Origin: Octopus sinensis
Taxonomy: Eukaryota
Direction: 5' to 3'
NCBI RefSeq assembly: GCF_006345805.1
Contig: NC_043001.1
Span: 75,392,001-75,456,000 of the forward strand
Length of the DNA: 64,000 nt
Shown here: piece by piece, positions 63,450 through 64,000 of the stretch
How positions within the stretch are numbered: the first letter of the stretch is position 1
Layout of the letters: the number at the start of each line of letters is the position of its first letter
Position numbers and translations under genes: made by a program
Notes under the pieces: generated by a model
The model's input: only the letters and a program-made list of their open reading frames with translations
Database searches by the model: none
What the model was told of the DNA's origin: nothing

Positions 63450-63489
<40 letters not shown>

Positions 63490-63689
63490 AAGGAACTCTA
63501 TCTCTCTTTAAAAAATATATTTTGATAAACATAACAAATGCGCAACGGTAAAAAGAACTTTCACCTAATTAAATACACTCACCCTTACTTAAATTATTTT
63601 GTCAGCATTTTCTTCATTTCCTTTTTTTATATATCACAACTCGTGTTCCACATCTCCTTTTTTAAATATATATATATATATATATATAG

Positions 63690-63904
63690 TTTATTTAAAG
63701 CAGCAGAAAATTCAACAAAACCTGTTACTCTGAGTTTCCCGTTGCCGCTCATCGGCAAAAAACTGTCTGATGAACGGCAACGGGAAACTCAGAGTAACAG
63801 TTTTTGTTGAATTTTCTGCTGCTTTAAATAAAGCATATTACTCTACCACTGGTATTTGTGTACTCTTTTTTCCACCTTGTCTCACAATTATGTGTTTACT
63901 CTGG

Positions 63905-63905
<1 letters not shown>
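63690..63905. mobile_element. Penelope-like pseudo-LTR fold-back (arms 63690-63757 and 63764-63832) with back-to-back hammerhead motifs
   Basis: 6-nt loop; 63833-63903 is the reverse complement of 28744-28817. Confidence 0.85.
63758..63805 (+). ncRNA. Minimal type I hammerhead motif with a 9-bp stem I
   Basis: aaaaactgt CTGATGA a cg gcaa cg g GAAA ctc a gag TA acagttttt. Confidence 0.75.
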
Positions 63906-63956
<51 letters not shown>

Positions 63957-64000
63957 TTGTGATTTTTTAATGTTTTTACCCCCATACCTTCGTAGGTTAT

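Overview
AT-rich eukaryotic genomic DNA made almost entirely of microsatellites and transposable elements. The repeat families look like those of a cephalopod (Octopus-like); this is my recollection and inference, not a database result. No host gene can be confidently identified, only a few low-confidence candidate exons. Main contents: (1) a full-length, young CR1-clade LINE on the minus strand (about 22392-26650) with an intact PHD/polyQ/RRM ORF1, a disrupted APE-RT ORF2, and a canonical G GGA AAC -1 slippery site joining them; (2) three R4/Dong-like RT-RLE retroelement fragments and three copies of an ORF-less ~540-bp element, all within AAT microsatellites (6.6-13 kb); (3) Tc1/mariner remnants, a Buster/Charlie-type hAT pseudogene, an L1/Tx1-type ORF1 remnant, a Penelope GIY-YIG remnant, a MITE and many tRNA-derived SINEs; (4) the most notable hidden layer, about ten minimal type I hammerhead ribozyme motifs from at least five sequence families. 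These sit in Penelope-like pseudo-LTR fragments arranged as partial tandem or fold-back inverted repeats, and include one motif with a compensatory U3-A8 core pair and one family with stem I covariation. All folds were done by eye; element boundaries are approximate unless a TIR or tail is cited.
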